Assembly (NCBI RefSeq): GCF_009914755.1 | Contig: NC_060930.1 | Origin: the human T2T-CHM13v2.0 reference genome, Homo sapiens | DNA: 64,000 bases | Direction: 5' to 3' (one strand) | Part shown: piece after piece, positions 25,921 through 40,197 of the stretch | Numbering within the stretch: the stretch's first letter is position 1 | How the letters are laid out: every line of letters begins with the position of its first letter | Made by a program: the position numbers and the translations under genes | Notes under the pieces: generated by a model | Seen by the model: only the letters and a program-made list of their open reading frames with translations | The model's database searches: none | Told to the model about the DNA's origin: nothing

Positions 25921-28040
25921 GTAGGATATACCTTGAAGACATATGAAGGTGGTTAAGTTCCTAAATAAGGGTAGTGATATGAACACATAAAGGATGGGCA
26001 AAGTCAACAGTTACAGGGCAAGAGGAAGGAAGACAGTCGAGTTAACTGAAGAATGGTAAAAATGGGTGGGCTGGTTTGGTGGGAAAAGATTATACTTCGT
26101 TTTGGGCATTTTGAGTCTCCGGCATTAACAAAATACTCACAGACAGGAATTATGTTATATTACATGATCTCTAATGACTCTTGTAGCCCTAAAGCTTTGT
26201 GATCTTATGATACTATCAGAAAGGGCCAAATTCCACGGCTCACTCAAGTATTTTGCTATAATTAACTTCTTTTGTACTCTGTATTCTTGCACACTCAAAC
26301 AAGCTTTTTAACAACACGCCCCTCTCAAAATGTCTTTATAGTAGGGATGTTTGATTTTTTTCTTGGTTCTTCAGCTAGACAATCAGTTCCTGAAGGGGTA
26401 TGAAAGTGTTGATCTTCTTTCCTCAGAGTGCCTTCTACTACAATACACAAAGTAATTTTTCCCCCTAAATGGAACAAAGGAAGAGTTAACTGTTAAGTAC
26501 AATCTAACAGCAAAGTCTTCCTAAAGATAAATTTTCAGCCAGCCTTTTGGAGATGGAAAGGAACTTACTTAGCAGAGAAGAGGAAAGTGATATTATTCTT
26601 GGTAGAAAGAACGGTGCATCCCAAGGGTATGAAGACTGGAAAGAGGATATTGCTGATAGATCTGGTACACCATTAACTGGCACTGCAGGACCAAAGGTGA
26701 AGGAAAATAGGAGTCCTATTTGACTTATACTTACCCAGTTGATTCTTAAACTCAAGATGTCTATTTTCTTTTACTATTGTAGAGTCAAAGGCAGTATACT
26801 GAGATGAAGAGAAAAACAGTACTATTCAGAAAGCTGTTTGGTTTTGATGAAACCTTAAAAAAGTTACCGGTTGGCCAAAATGCAAGAGCGATGGTCTGAA
26901 ACAAATCATGAAGATAATCAAAATGGTAACCATTTAAACCTCTGACACAGCAGACTCTGCCAAGAGTAGAAAACCAATACTAGCTTGCCCCCACTCACAT
27001 ACACGTTTAGCGTCCCTAATTTCAGCAGTACGTGACATTGGTTGCTAGCCCAGAAGAGATGCATAAGACTCTGAACCTAAAGTTTCCAGTGATTTGGTCC
27101 AAAAGGATATTTTGATAAAATTCCAAATGGGGAAGGAAAGACCTAGACATCGGACTCCTATAATTTTGAAACCTTAGCATTAATTATCTCCAGTCTGGCG
27201 TTAAGACATTGGAAACCTCTGCATCATTCCCAGATCATCACTCTAGAGTCCCCTACATTTATCAATTTATCCCTCCCCTCTCCACATACATGCCACCACC
27301 ATCCATCAAGTGAGAAGAGCAACAAGCTTGTATTTCTCACAGGGATTCATTTCTTAATGAGATGCTTACAAAGCAGATCATGCTACAAAACACAGACCTT
27401 TTTCTTTAAGAGACTCAAAAAAATGTAAAGATGTATCCAAGCCTAGTACATGCTTTAAATTTAGAGCAAGTCCCCTGAGCATACTAGATAATTCCACAAC
27501 GTAGAAACTAAAAGTAGTTGCATTTTATGCATAATGACACAGATGTGTTGCTGACAAGTTGTCTTAACAAAATATTTATATATTGACTCACATTTGAAAT
27601 ACGTTAGGAGTAGAATCTTGGGTAAAAGCCTCTAAAAAGGTTGTTGTATATTAGACATTCTCAAAGTGCGGCACCCATACCATAGAATTAAACTCCCTGT
27701 TTCAGTCCTGTGTTTTGAAACACATTTTTACTATTCCTGGAAACACTTTCACATTTTTGTCAGACGTTGAGTGAGCAACAGGGTAAATAACTTTTCAAAA
27801 GCATTTTTAGAGTAGTAAAACCTTAAGTTCCTTGCTAGAAGGGCTGATCCAAAATAAATTAAATGCTGGTATGACTAAGCCAAGTGTGGCAAATTCTGAT
27901 TTGCAGTGTGGACACCTCCAGTTAATAGATCTATTCAGTGATTCAACATGCACCTCCAAGTCGTAAGCCGGGCAGCAAAGTATAAATATGAGACTTACAA
28001 GCATTCTCTGATCTCTGAGTTTGTATTCACATCTATCAAG

Positions 28041-28354
28041 TTTTTGTTTGTTTGTTTGTTTTTGTTTTTTTTGAGATGGAGTTTACCTCTTGTCGCCCAG
28101 GCTGGAGTGCAATGGTGTGATCTCTGCTCACTGAAACCTTCACGTCCTGGGTTCAAGCTATTCTCCTGCCTCAGCCTCTCAAGTAGCTGGGATTACAGGC
28201 ATGCACCACCACGCCTGGCTAATTTTGTATTATTAGTAGAGCAGGTGTTTCACCATGTTGGCCAGGCTGGTCTCCAACTCCTGACCTCAGGTGATCCGCC
28301 CGCCTTGGCCTCCCAAAGTGCTGGGATTACAGGCATGAACCACCACGTCCGGCC
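28041..28354 (-). mobile_element. AluS (Sq-like)
   Basis: (TTTG)n tail and full dimer. Confidence 0.95.
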
Positions 28355-29902
28355 TGAAGTTAGTCTTGATGGAAGGTTCTCAAAGACCTATTATTACATC
28401 CTGTGTATTATATCAGCTTTGTCAAAGAGGTGAAGTTTAGGAAGCTGTGTTTCATAAAAACCCCAAATCTGAGTAAGTCTATGGGAGCACCATTCACGGA
28501 CATGCAGCAATACGGTAGAACACGTGAGAAACTGCTCATCTGGACTGCACTGTAACACAAGCACCCTACCCTAGAGGTACAACATGCAGGTACCGCTGAT
28601 ACAGCAGGCTTCCACAGCATGGTTACGAATCATCACATCAGACATGGAGAGCACCTGAGGGATCACCTAATATAACTGCTTCACCAATGAGGAAAGCAAG
28701 ACCTTGATGACATAAAATACGGAAAAGAATAAAAATAGACGCACATAACATTTCTTCTGCTTGCTCAAAGTTATCCCCGACAATTTAAGATGATTAAGGG
28801 CTTTATCTTGGAATGCTTAGCTCACAGAAAAAAAAGGTAGGCAACTATATATTCTTATTAATTGGAAAAATCATTGAACAGCCAGTGGTTTGATTTGAAG
28901 AGAGCATCAGTTTTGTTGATTTCATTAAAATGAATGTAAAGAGAACAAGGTGTATTGACTTTTTATTTTTTTAGCCACACCACCAGCAAATACTGCATCA
29001 CTTACATGTGTGTTTCCTTCTGTCTGGAAATCCTGGGTGGACAATTTAACTGCCACAGAACTCCCATGAACAGGCACACACAATAAACACGCACATAAGG
29101 ATTATGTGAGGCGTCTACCACAGAATGGCTTTTTCAGCCACCTGAACCTAGGTCCATTAAAAGAAACTAGGCAGCGTGGAGCAGAGCAGCTGTCCCAACA
29201 CAGGCAGTAATGGAGCTGACAATATTCCCACGCCAGTTCTGAATCCAGTCTATTTTATGCTCTTGCGTGGATTCAAGGAAACAGAACTACTATTTAAAAG
29301 TGCATTTACAAAGAGGGCTTTAAAAAGCGTTAGAATAAATTACTTTGAAGTGTATTTCTACAACACGCCTCCAGCTTTCCCTTCTTTTCCTATTTGCTCG
29401 TCCCCAGAACCCAACGGTGACTATATTTAACTGACTTTACAAGCTGTGGGGAGACTGAGTACACACAGCAGATTCCAGCCAGGATTGTGTGCATTAACTA
29501 AGTCCCAAGGTTTTTTGCTTGGGAGCTTTCTCTTTCTTTTTTTCATCTTCTTCACATGTCTTAAAATTACCTTATATCCTGGAAATAACAGAAAAATTTT
29601 AAAAGACCCTCTATTTTGGTTTGCTGTATAGGTTGAGTCCTGATATTTTTAATCATATTAACAATATGCTCAAGGCAAACACTGCCACGACCCAGTATTC
29701 TTACAGTTTGTAAGTATTTTATTATTTCCTTGAAAAAACACTCATTCCATCTAGTACGTATTGTGAGAGAAGATCAAGTACTTGTAAAATAATTTTCATT
29801 TAGGAACAGGTATATACAGATTAACGGTATTTGGAACTGACTAGAATGACAATGAAATCACCAACTTCTGATCAAGGTGAAATAAATTAATGATTTCACT
29901 AA

Positions 29903-30053
29903 GGCCAGATGCAGTGGTTCATGACTCTAATCCTGGCATTTTGGGAGGCTGAGGTGGGACCATTTGAGCCCAGGAGTTCAAGAAAAGCCTGGGCTACATA
30001 GTGAGACTCCTTTCTATTTTAAAAAAATAAAAATTTTTAAACATAAAAATAAA
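29903..30053 (+). mobile_element. FLAM_C
   Basis: Single left monomer; TSD atttcactaag. Confidence 0.9.
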
Positions 30054-30129
30054 ATTTCACTAAGTGGAATGCCTCTGGCTATAAAGTCTACCTCTCCCAC
30101 TAACACGAAACTATCTCCATGGAATTCTA

Positions 30130-30280
30130 GGGATGTGGATTCCAGTATCAGATTAGCTTTACCATTTATAACAATGTCCTGTGGGAAAACCACTAACTTC
30201 TTTTGGCTTCAGTTTTCTCATCTATAAAATTAGGGCTTCACACCCTAAAGTAATCTCTAAAATTATTTCCACCTATAAGA
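30130..30280 (+). mobile_element. MIR3/MIRc
   Basis: ggcttcagttttctcatctataaaat...atctctaa. Confidence 0.65.
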
Positions 30281-30700
30281 AGCAATTATTTCAGATTAAG
30301 AATCCACAACAATCTTAAACTAAAGAATATTTAAAAGATGGGGTGTTTCTGCAAACTTTGTAGATTTTGGCCATAAACTGAGTTCTAATTACTCAGTAAA
30401 TTTAAAAGTGCTTAGGCTGACTACCACTTCTGTTATCAACACTTCTATCTTTAATTATATGATACCTAATACAAGCTATCTCTATTCCACAAAAATTTAT
30501 ACAGACCACAGTCAAAGTTCACAGCTTCTAGCTAATTTGAATATTTGGAAATTATGAATGAAATATGATTAGACTGCTTTTACACTGGCAAATTTCCCTT
30601 AGAAATGCCTGAACTATTAGCGATATCCCTAGATTTAACGAGACAAACTACTTTCATGTATTTGTCTATAAGGTAATATTAGCTTAAAATATTTAATTTT

Positions 30701-30965
30701 ATGGGTACAAAAAATAGTTAGAAAGAATAAGACCTAGTATTTGCTAGCACAACAGGGAGACAATCATCAAAAATAATATAATTATACATTTTAAAATTAA
30801 AGAGTATAATTGGGTTGTTTGTAACACAAAGGATAAATGTTTGAGATGATGGACATTCCATTTACCCTGATGTGATTATTACACATTGCATACCTGTATC
30901 AAAATATCTCATGTAACCCATAAATCACTTAATATGTACCCACAAAAATTAAAAATCAAAAACTT
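30701..30965 (+). mobile_element. L1MA (MA2/3-like) 3' end
   Basis: atgggtacaaaaaatagttagaaagaataagacctag...tgtacccacaaaaattaaaaat. Confidence 0.9.
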
Positions 30966-31939
30966 AAAACAATTTTTTTATTTTATTTTCATTGAAGATC
31001 CCCAAAAGCAAATATAACTTGTAAAAATAATTATCTCATGTAAATATGAATTGGAGTGAATTCTGAGTAAATAAAATTTACAATACATGAGCAATATAGC
31101 CATTTGCTAGCTATGTAATCTGGTACAAGTAAGCTATATGTCTTTGTGACTGTAATGCCAGGAAGGTAAATTCTTGTAATCAGTTTCTGAGATAATGTAT
31201 AAAAGCTCTTAGTGTAACCTATTACTCATAATCATCTTCAGTATTATCACCAGTACTGTTATTTACTAAGCCTTGCTATTAACAAAATATGCAAAAAACC
31301 TACTCTTTATCTCTGAAAATTTATGCACCTTAATATTAATCTAAAACTGGGTTTTCTATATTTCAATCAATTTCTCATACTCTTTAAGAATTTAAGACAT
31401 CTGTGTACTGTAAATTTTTCTTTAAATCCATTCATCTTAATCTTGTTCTAACTAAATGTCAACCATTAACACACAGGTAAGAAATGGGTATATGATTTTT
31501 TCTTATGACAAATTAAAATTAGATATAACTATTATTTTTAAATGTACCCCTTAAAATATTTCATGTTACCTTACCAATAGTTTTAAGAAACACTGGCCTA
31601 AACTGGCATTTGCTAATCTGTACCAGGTTTTCAAATTAAAGATGACATGTTCTGTTAGAAAGTCCATCATAGTTGAAGGCCACACACAAGTCGACAGGTC
31701 AATGTCATAAACACAGATAGTTCTCTAATCTGAAAATATCAATATAGTAAACAAATACCTAAGTCCACATTTTTTAGTTCCTTATACTTTGACTTTATTT
31801 AAGAATGATGTTTAAAGTCCTTTATTAAATACAAAACTAAACTCAAGACTACCTTTCTGAAAGGCTCTTTAAAATCAAATTGAATTCATTCAAGGCACTT
31901 TATAGGCCAATTTAATAGTATTTAAAAAACGTAGAATTT

Positions 31940-33690
31940 GTTACTGCTACTAGCCAATGCAATTAAATAAAAGAAAGAAAAAGAAGACTAAAATTATCAT
32001 TTGATTGATGATATAACTGTATACCTAAAACACAAGAATTTATTAACTGGCTACAAAATTATTATTCAAAATCAGGAGTTTCCAAATTTAAAAATGATAA
32101 CATTCAAGAAAATTATGCTGGGAGGAAATATCCTATTTATACTAGCAACAAATTTGAACACTTAAAATGGAGTTAACAAGATATTAATAGGAACAATATA
32201 AAGAAAACTTTAAGCTCTTCTAAGATGTATAAACAGAAAATATTTTTAAATATTGGAAGAAAATTCTTGCTCCTGGATTAGAAGATTCAACATCATGAAG
32301 AAATCCACTGTACTCTAATTAACTTTAAGTTTAATTAAACAACAAGTTACAAAAATTTGGACAGGTGACAAAATTATATGTTGGAGTCATATAAATATGC
32401 AAGGATAACCTAGATCTTAAAAAATATTAAAAGGATAGAATCATTTTAATCATAAAAATTATGTATTATGAAAATATAACTATATCAGAGATACCAATGA
32501 TATAATCAAAATCTAGATACAGTCCCAAATACATACAGGAATGTAGTATAAGATAAAGGTAGCAATTAGCCAGGCGTGGTGGTGGGCGCCTGTAATCCCA
32601 GCTACTTGGGAAGCTGAGGCAGGGGCATCGCTTGAACCCAGTAGGCGGAAGTCGCTGCACTCCAGCCTGGGCAAGAAAGCAAGACTCCTCCTCAAAATAA
32701 ATAAATAAATAAAAAAGACAAAAGTAGCATCTTTTAATCAATGGACTATTCAATAAATTATGCTTGGAAACAACATTTTAGGAAGCAAGTAAAGCTACAG
32801 CCCTACTTCATTCTTTATGCCAAAAGACCTTTCAGATACAACAAAGGTTAAAAAGGAAATTTTATGATAAAATACTAGAAAAAGGCTGGATAAACGCATT
32901 TACAACCCTAGACCAGGGAATATTTTAAGAAGGACACAAAATCCAGAGATCATAAAGGAAAAAGACTGATAATCTGACTGGCTATAGGAAAACTAAAAAC
33001 TTCTGTAGGGCCAAAAAATACCAAATAATTAAAAAGCAAATGACAAACTGGAGGGAAAAAATTTATGAATATAACAAAAAGAACTAATGTCCAAATAAAC
33101 AAAGAATGTGTCCAATATGAAAAGTAAACATAACAACAGTCCAGTAGGGAAAATGGCAGTTGATGAACAGGCAATTAAGAGAAATGAGTTCATATATAAA
33201 TGAACTCATAAACAGATTTACAGGCAAAGATACTGATCCCTACTCAAAATGAAATAAATATAAATCAAAATGAAATACTATATTGTTCACCTATTGAACT
33301 GACAAAAAAAAGTTATCTAAACCCCACTGTGATAAGGTGTTTTCATATGCTATTGGTAGAGATACTTTTAGAGAAGAAAAATTACCCTCTGACCCAGCAA
33401 TTCCAAAGCTAAGAATTTTAGACTAAGAATATACTCAAAAATGTACGACAAGTTATATACATGTGCAAGAACAAGAATGTCTATTCCAGCAAAAGGCAGA
33501 ACTGTATGCAGAATATAACGTTTACAGAAATTTGTAGAGGTTAGACACTAGTATTGCTAGAAAACATACCAAAAATTATACTCTGAAGGGAAGATATAGC
33601 ACTAGGGATAAATGTGACCAGAGAGACTTTATATACAGTTTGATTTTTGCCTTGTCCATACAATACTTTCATTAAAAAGAAAAGTAAGAA
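31940..33690 (+). mobile_element. Old L1M(E) ORF2 RT-to-3'UTR relic
   Basis: gatgatataactgtatacctaaaa (DDMIVYL-like), ggattagaagattcaacatcatgaag, gacccagcaattcc. Confidence 0.8.
32563..32716 (+). mobile_element. 5'-truncated AluS right arm with internal deletion
   Basis: TSD-like aagataaaggtagca / aagacaaaagtagca. Confidence 0.9.
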
Positions 33691-34498
33691 AGGATGCATG
33701 AAGGTTGCTTTTTATGTTTCTATATTCAAGCATTCAACTAATTATTCTTCCCAACACGCACAATTCCAAGTCACAATCATGTTTATTGAAAATTTAAATT
33801 AAAAGATTTTTATATTTCAGGGTAGATTTTAGACACAAAAATGGAAAAACCATGAAGTATATTTAGTCTTTCTTCTTCAGCTGTTGGCCCAGTCCACATT
33901 TTTCTGACTTAAAAGAAAAATGGTTTGTGAATACATACAACAACCCTATTTGGGAACGCATTTACTTCTATTTCAGAAATTCTATCCAACAGCAAAATAA
34001 CATTTAAAATAAATTTTCTTTTCTATTCAGATTGCTGTTAATAATTTACATTAACTAACATACAAAAAGTAATGTTCAAAAAGTACTCATATTCAAAATT
34101 AAATTAAGATACTGGGAAGTGGTTAAAATCTGTAATTTGGATTTTGGCATATAAAATAGGAAAGAAAGGCAGTGACCACAAGTATGCACCAATTCTTTTC
34201 CAACTCAAATTCAGAAAAAGGTTTTTCCACCTAAACTTAGGCCACTCGACTCCAGACATTCATTGTCTGGTGCCACCCAAACGTTGTTCTCTTGACTAAT
34301 TCTAGGGTTTATAGTATTAATAATAATTACTTCAATAAACATATGCCCAGATATGCAATTATATGACCGATCAGAGAAAAGCTGGATTTTTCAAAGTTTT
34401 TATCACTAACGACCTGAACTTTTGGCCAGACCCAACCCTGTGCTGAATTTCATTTGGCTAAAGACGAGTTCAACAAAAGCCTCTTATTGAAGAGATGC

Positions 34499-34520
34499 AA
34501 AAAAAAAAAAAAAAAAAAAA
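34499..34520. repeat. (A)22 homopolymer
   Basis: Direct reading. Confidence 0.95.
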
Positions 34521-36779
34521 GACAAAAACCAATCTATTCCAAGAATAATATAAAAAGTTGAACAATATAAAATTCCAGTATTCAACACTCTACAGATTTT
34601 TACCTACTTCATATGGTTAAGGCTAATATTCAACCTTTAAAGAGGCTGATAACTCTTTCACAACATTATCTTTTTTCAACCCATAAGACATGTATCATAC
34701 TTCATTTTTTATATACATTTCCCATACTGGCACAAATACTTGATAAATGTCGACCACTTCAAAAAAGCAAACAAATTAACATCTTTAAATGAGGCTTTAT
34801 ATGCCCAATCTGATATAATGCAAAGATATCAAATCATAAGGATATTTGTCCTTAACACTCAGAAGACTATCTACAACCAAGTTTATCTTTACTATTTCCT
34901 AGTAATTATATTTTAACAGACAAAACACAAAAGCTGAGAAGCTGCAAAAAAGACTATGATTTTTCCCCAATAATTAATTTTAAAACAAACAGAAAATTGG
35001 ACAGTTTCCAGAAATGAAGTGGATTCACGGCATGACATAAAAGGTAATTACCATTTGGGTGGATGTCTTTTGTGGCTGAACCTTGTGACCAAAGGCCCAA
35101 AATTTATTTTGGACCTCTCTCACAGTTCCTCCATTTAAAAGGAAGCATTTTACTTCCTTACCACCAATATATGACAGATCAACATTTCAACCTAATTGCA
35201 TCTGACTGACAGGAGAAGATTAGTGTGTACCAAGCAGCAGATAAGAATATAATTGTTTTAAATTTTTCAAATTCAGGCACCACGTTCACAGGAGTTGCGT
35301 ATTAATGGAGCACTCTGGGATACCATATCCTTAAGAAAAATGATGTGTAAGAAGAATAGCCATGATACCAGTTTCCTCTTAAGCAGCAGCTCCATCAAGC
35401 TGTTTGCTCTTTCTTGAAATGAAGGATAAGAATCAGTATCTCTGCTGAAAAGTATTTTTAAATTAGGTCGTGAAGATTTCCCAAATGCGAATTCTAAATT
35501 ACGTAAATGAAACCAGATACAACAGCCATGATTTGAAAAGATATTTTAAACTAACCTACTTATAAAATCAAACTCAGGTATAAAGAAATAAACCCACAAC
35601 AAAAGAAAATTTAAATCGCTCATTGTTTTTTACATTTATTAGACTTGACTATTAGGGTTACTTTTTTTAATGATTCCAGGAAGGAAGAATAATTGTTAGC
35701 TTTCCTAAATGTCAAGAAAAATCTAAATAGATGGATAATATAGTGTTTTCTTGCTTTAAATATTTTCAATTGATACCACTTTCTGATTCGGGGCTTAGAA
35801 AATTATAAATATATTATAGAGCGTCTTGAAAAGCTGGTTCTCCCATATTTGTTTGTATGTTGCATGTCATAATTTCAAGGTAAAGGTGTGAAAGGAAAAC
35901 TAGCAACAGACTAATTGTCACTCAAAAAAACACCTTCCTATGGTAATGCAATTATCTCTACGTCACTATCACGGTGAATTTTTTTAGATGTTTTTACTGA
36001 AAAAGGATATTGATTTTTTAAGAAAATCAAAGGCAAGCCTGCCTGCCTTGCACAGTATCAGCCCACAGCACATGCTCGACAAATGGTGAGATTAATAAGA
36101 AAACAAAAGAGAATCAGGCAAACAAGCAAATAATGACTTTCACAACAAATTTAAGTCACTGTTTTTTTACAAATATAGTCTTAGAACATTTCTTTGATAA
36201 CTATTAAAATATTAAGTGTAGTGATACTTTGTTTTAAGAAATAAAAAAAACTTAAATTTCAAAATATGACCAACAAAGCAAATTACTTTCTTTTTTTCCT
36301 AAAGTAAGGTAAGAACTGAGATTATGATTCAAAACATCACTATTTTTAAAAGATGAATATGTCTCGGGGTAGATATTATGTTTATCTCTGTGCATGAGAA
36401 CTTTTAAACTTCCTTTCTGAATATACATCTATTTTCTTTACATATGCCATATATAAACCCATACTTTCTTCAATGTTCTGTTAAAATGAGAAGAAAGGAA
36501 AAAGGTCTCAGGATTTTAAGAAAGCCAAATGCCACAGTTTTCTCTGTACATATTGCTAAATTCATTGAACATAAAACTATCAACAAATTATTTTAAAAAT
36601 CACAGAAAAACTAGTTCAGATTTTTTTTCTACCTGTGTATATAATAAACTTTTATTCCTTCATATTCCAGAGGAATTTACCTTTTGTAAAAAGTACTGCA
36701 GTGACTGACAGACTCACTAAAAACTCCATTTATAACTGTAGCACAGCACAGATCGTCTTCATAGACTTATGTTCTAGAG

Positions 36780-36938
36780 CAGAGCTTCTCAAACTTTACT
36801 TGTGCATCCAAATTACTTGACATCTTATTAACATGAAAGTTCTAATTTCAGTATGATTGGGCAGGGGCCAGAGACTCTGCATGTCTTACAGGCTCTCAGA
36901 GGACAGTTTATCTGTAAACCCTACTTTGGGCAATAAGT
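36780..36938. mobile_element. MER5A1-like hAT MITE
   Basis: cagagcttctcaaacttt...; perfect 8-bp TSD ttctagag at 36772-36779 and 36939-36946. Confidence 0.85.
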
Positions 36939-37783
36939 TTCTAGAGACCTCCACTAAGATAGTCAAGTGCATTCAAATTCTTTGTCTTCTTTCTGACTGT
37001 GGGCAATATGATTGCTAATTTCTGCGGTAGAATGCAAGCTATTGTCTTTGATTCATTTTAAGTGAGCCAGGAAACAAGTAAGTGGTAAGAAATCTATGTC
37101 TCAGCCCACTGACCAAGGACAACTAATCTGCTGACCTGAGTAGAAAAGATGACCCATCCCTATGGCTAATCTCAGCATCCAGATGTTGCCTTAACCAGAC
37201 CAGAGATGCCAGTGCTCATCTTGTCTTGTGAGTAATTTTCACTACCAAAACGAAATCTATAGGGGAGAGATTTGCCAAAGAAATTAGGGCTTCAGTAATT
37301 AGGAAACCACAAGGCACTAGGCATCTTGCATCAGCCAGAGATGAATGGGAACACTTGCAAAAGTATTTCACCATTAGCCTGTTTTGTGAAAGAGAGCCAC
37401 AGGAAAAAACAGGAATTTTAAAATTCCTTTATTACTCAATACAATTATATGTTTCAGCCTAAACTAATGCTGGCACTGTTCAACAGAATTCCTTCATTCC
37501 TCAAGGGTAAAATGAGAAGCAGAACAAATACAGATGGTCTATGTGACTCTTTCCCTGAGTATCTAAGAGAGACATCTCTGTTTGGAAATGGGCATTAAAA
37601 TCTGCCTGCCTGATACAGTTCTGATTCACTATTGTCTCTAAGGTGGTAGCTGAAACAAAAACAAACCTCAGCCCCCAAAACCACATCAATACCTCCTTCC
37701 TCATGAAAGCACCATTCTTTCATGTTCAACTCCCACAGTGGCCTTTTCATCACCTTGCTGGTTCCAGCTTTTATTTTCCCTTC

Positions 37784-37897
37784 ATAGTTTCTAGTAATGC
37801 TATATATATAATAGTTTAAAAACAATAGCAAAATAGTTTCTAGTAATGCTATATACATATATACATACATATATAATAGTTTAAAAACAATAGCAAA
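37784..37897. repeat. Tandem duplication (49-nt and 65-nt copies)
   Basis: atagtttctagtaatgctatata...atagtttaaaaacaatagcaaa present twice. Confidence 0.95.
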
Positions 37898-38372
37898 ATA
37901 AAACATATGTACGCATAAGGGAAACAGAATTCAAAGGCTATCTCAATTTGACATTCATGTAACTGCTCTGGGAGGGATTCCTTAATTTATAATTGAAAAA
38001 AGTACTTCCTACAGTTTGGTAAAAATACAACACAAAAGTAAAGCATAAATATGTGACAACTGGTTTTTCTGAAAAATGAAAAAGAATTGTAAAGCAAAAT
38101 TTCCAATCAACCTCAAATAAATAATCTAGATGCTAAAATAAAATGGCATTCCCCATCAGTTAAATGGAAGTGATAATGTTTCAGAAGACATCAAAATAGG
38201 AACTTCCAACCTCAGTAAGAATCACAAATCAAAACTGCTCACTCCTTAGTAAAAACCTCTTTGGCTATCTGCTGGCCACTTTTTGTTTATCAAGATATTT
38301 GGTCTGACTTCCCTTCAGTATTGGGGCAAGAAAGTGGGGAAAGTTAGGATGGGGACTTAGCGAATCGCTTCT

Positions 38373-38391
38373 TACCGCCCCCTAGCGCTCA
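38373..38391 (-). promoter_or_regulatory. CTCF motif
   Basis: - strand TGAGCGCTAGGGGGCGGTA versus consensus TGGCCACCAGGGGGCGCTA; unique DNA with locally preserved CpGs. Confidence 0.7.
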
Positions 38392-38940
38392 CTCAAAGCA
38401 GTGGCAACATGGATGCGCTGACTATGGCCTTTCCTTTGCCAACCGGCATCAATGATGCTTCCTCCCCACAGTGTCCACGGTGGTTAATTCCTTACGCTGC
38501 CAGAGGCGGTGAGGTGAGCCAAGTTCTTAGCTGTTTTTGACAAGTATACCTACTTACATCAAAAAGCATCAAGCTTAACTCTCACAAGAAAAGAAATCAC
38601 TGAACATTAGGTTGGGGTTTAGAAGGAAGATAAGTAATTATGTGCTCTGGATAAACACAGGTACTGAATATGTACTGAATTTTTCCTCAATTTTTTAGAA
38701 TTGCGACACTTCATGAAAGTCAACACTTCCAGTGTTTCTATCACATGTTAAGTTAAACTAAGTCCAACTTTGGGGATACATATTAAATTTAGGCCAAAAA
38801 AGTTATTTTTAAAAATTCCTTCTACGTATAGTTGACCCTTGAACAATGTGAGGGGGAGGAGACAGAGGGGTACCGACCTCCTGTGCAGTCAGAAATCCTC
38901 AGATAACTTCTGATCCCAAAAATTTAACTGCTAATTGCCT

Positions 38941-39018
38941 ACTCTTGGGCTCACATGATCCGCCCACCTCAGCCTCCCAAAGTGCTGGGATTATAGGCAT
39001 GAGCCACCACATCCAGCC
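38941..39018 (-). mobile_element. Alu 5' fragment (~78 nt)
   Basis: actcttgggctcacatgatcc...ccacatccagcc, with no tail. Confidence 0.88.
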
Positions 39019-39081
39019 AATTTTAACGTTTTATGATAGATTTGTGTATATTTTATGAGAGTAAATGACAAAACAGACTAA

Positions 39082-39450
<369 letters not shown>

Positions 39451-39924
39451 AATTTTTTCAATATTTCTAGGCTACACAGTTCATCTATGTGTTTTTTCAA
39501 ATTGTCACAAATCTCCAAAACATCTTCCAATATATTTATTGAAAAAAAGTTCAAACCCGTGTTAAGGGTCAACTGTAATATATAAAATATGCAATTTTAT
39601 AGTCATATTATATAGCACCATGCACAGGAGCATAAATTAACAACGAAACCTACAAAAAATCTTGGGCTGAAAAAATCATTCAATCTTTTAGAGTTAATAG
39701 AAAGCAACTATGAACAATTTAAGCCTAAATATTAACATATTTCAAAGAAAAACATAAACTTCTCCCCCATTAAAGAAAAGTAGTACTATATTTTCCAACA
39801 GATTTTTACTACATGCGATAGTTTTTATCTTTCTAAATTGCAAGTTCAGCCAAAATATCATATCTGAACTCTGAGAAGAGTGAAGTTCGGATAACAATTT
39901 CTCATCAGAAGAGTGACAGTGGCT

Positions 39925-40110
39925 GACATTAACAGAGAGTGTCCAGGCCTTGCACTAAATATGTAACACAGCTTCTAACATTTAATCTTCACTAAGATAT
40001 AATGGATAAGCACTACTATGATCCCATTTTATAGGTGGAACACTTTTCAGCTAGAAAGAACTAGGAATCAACCTAGGTCTGACACCAAACTCCAACTTTA
40101 TTAACTCTTT
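39925..40110 (-). mobile_element. MIR fragment
   Basis: catttaatcttcac...atgatcccattttataggtgg. Confidence 0.6.
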
Positions 40111-40197
40111 TTTAAAATAGATTCTTTTTAAAGACAAATTTTCAAGTTGTAGAAAAATGTCATTCAATTGTCATGGTTGTTATATAAGTCTATGAAG

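Noticed and set aside
27948-28433. 161-aa ORF and similar ORFs (16985, 24864, 39106, 49510, 52099, 54185)
   Set aside because: These are translations of antisense Alu sequence ([18 protein letters not shown]-type peptides)
31472-31484. Strong + strand donor CAG|GTAAGA; isolated + strand acceptors near 17455 and 33880
   Set aside because: They have no matching partner sites and are opposite to the inferred transcription direction
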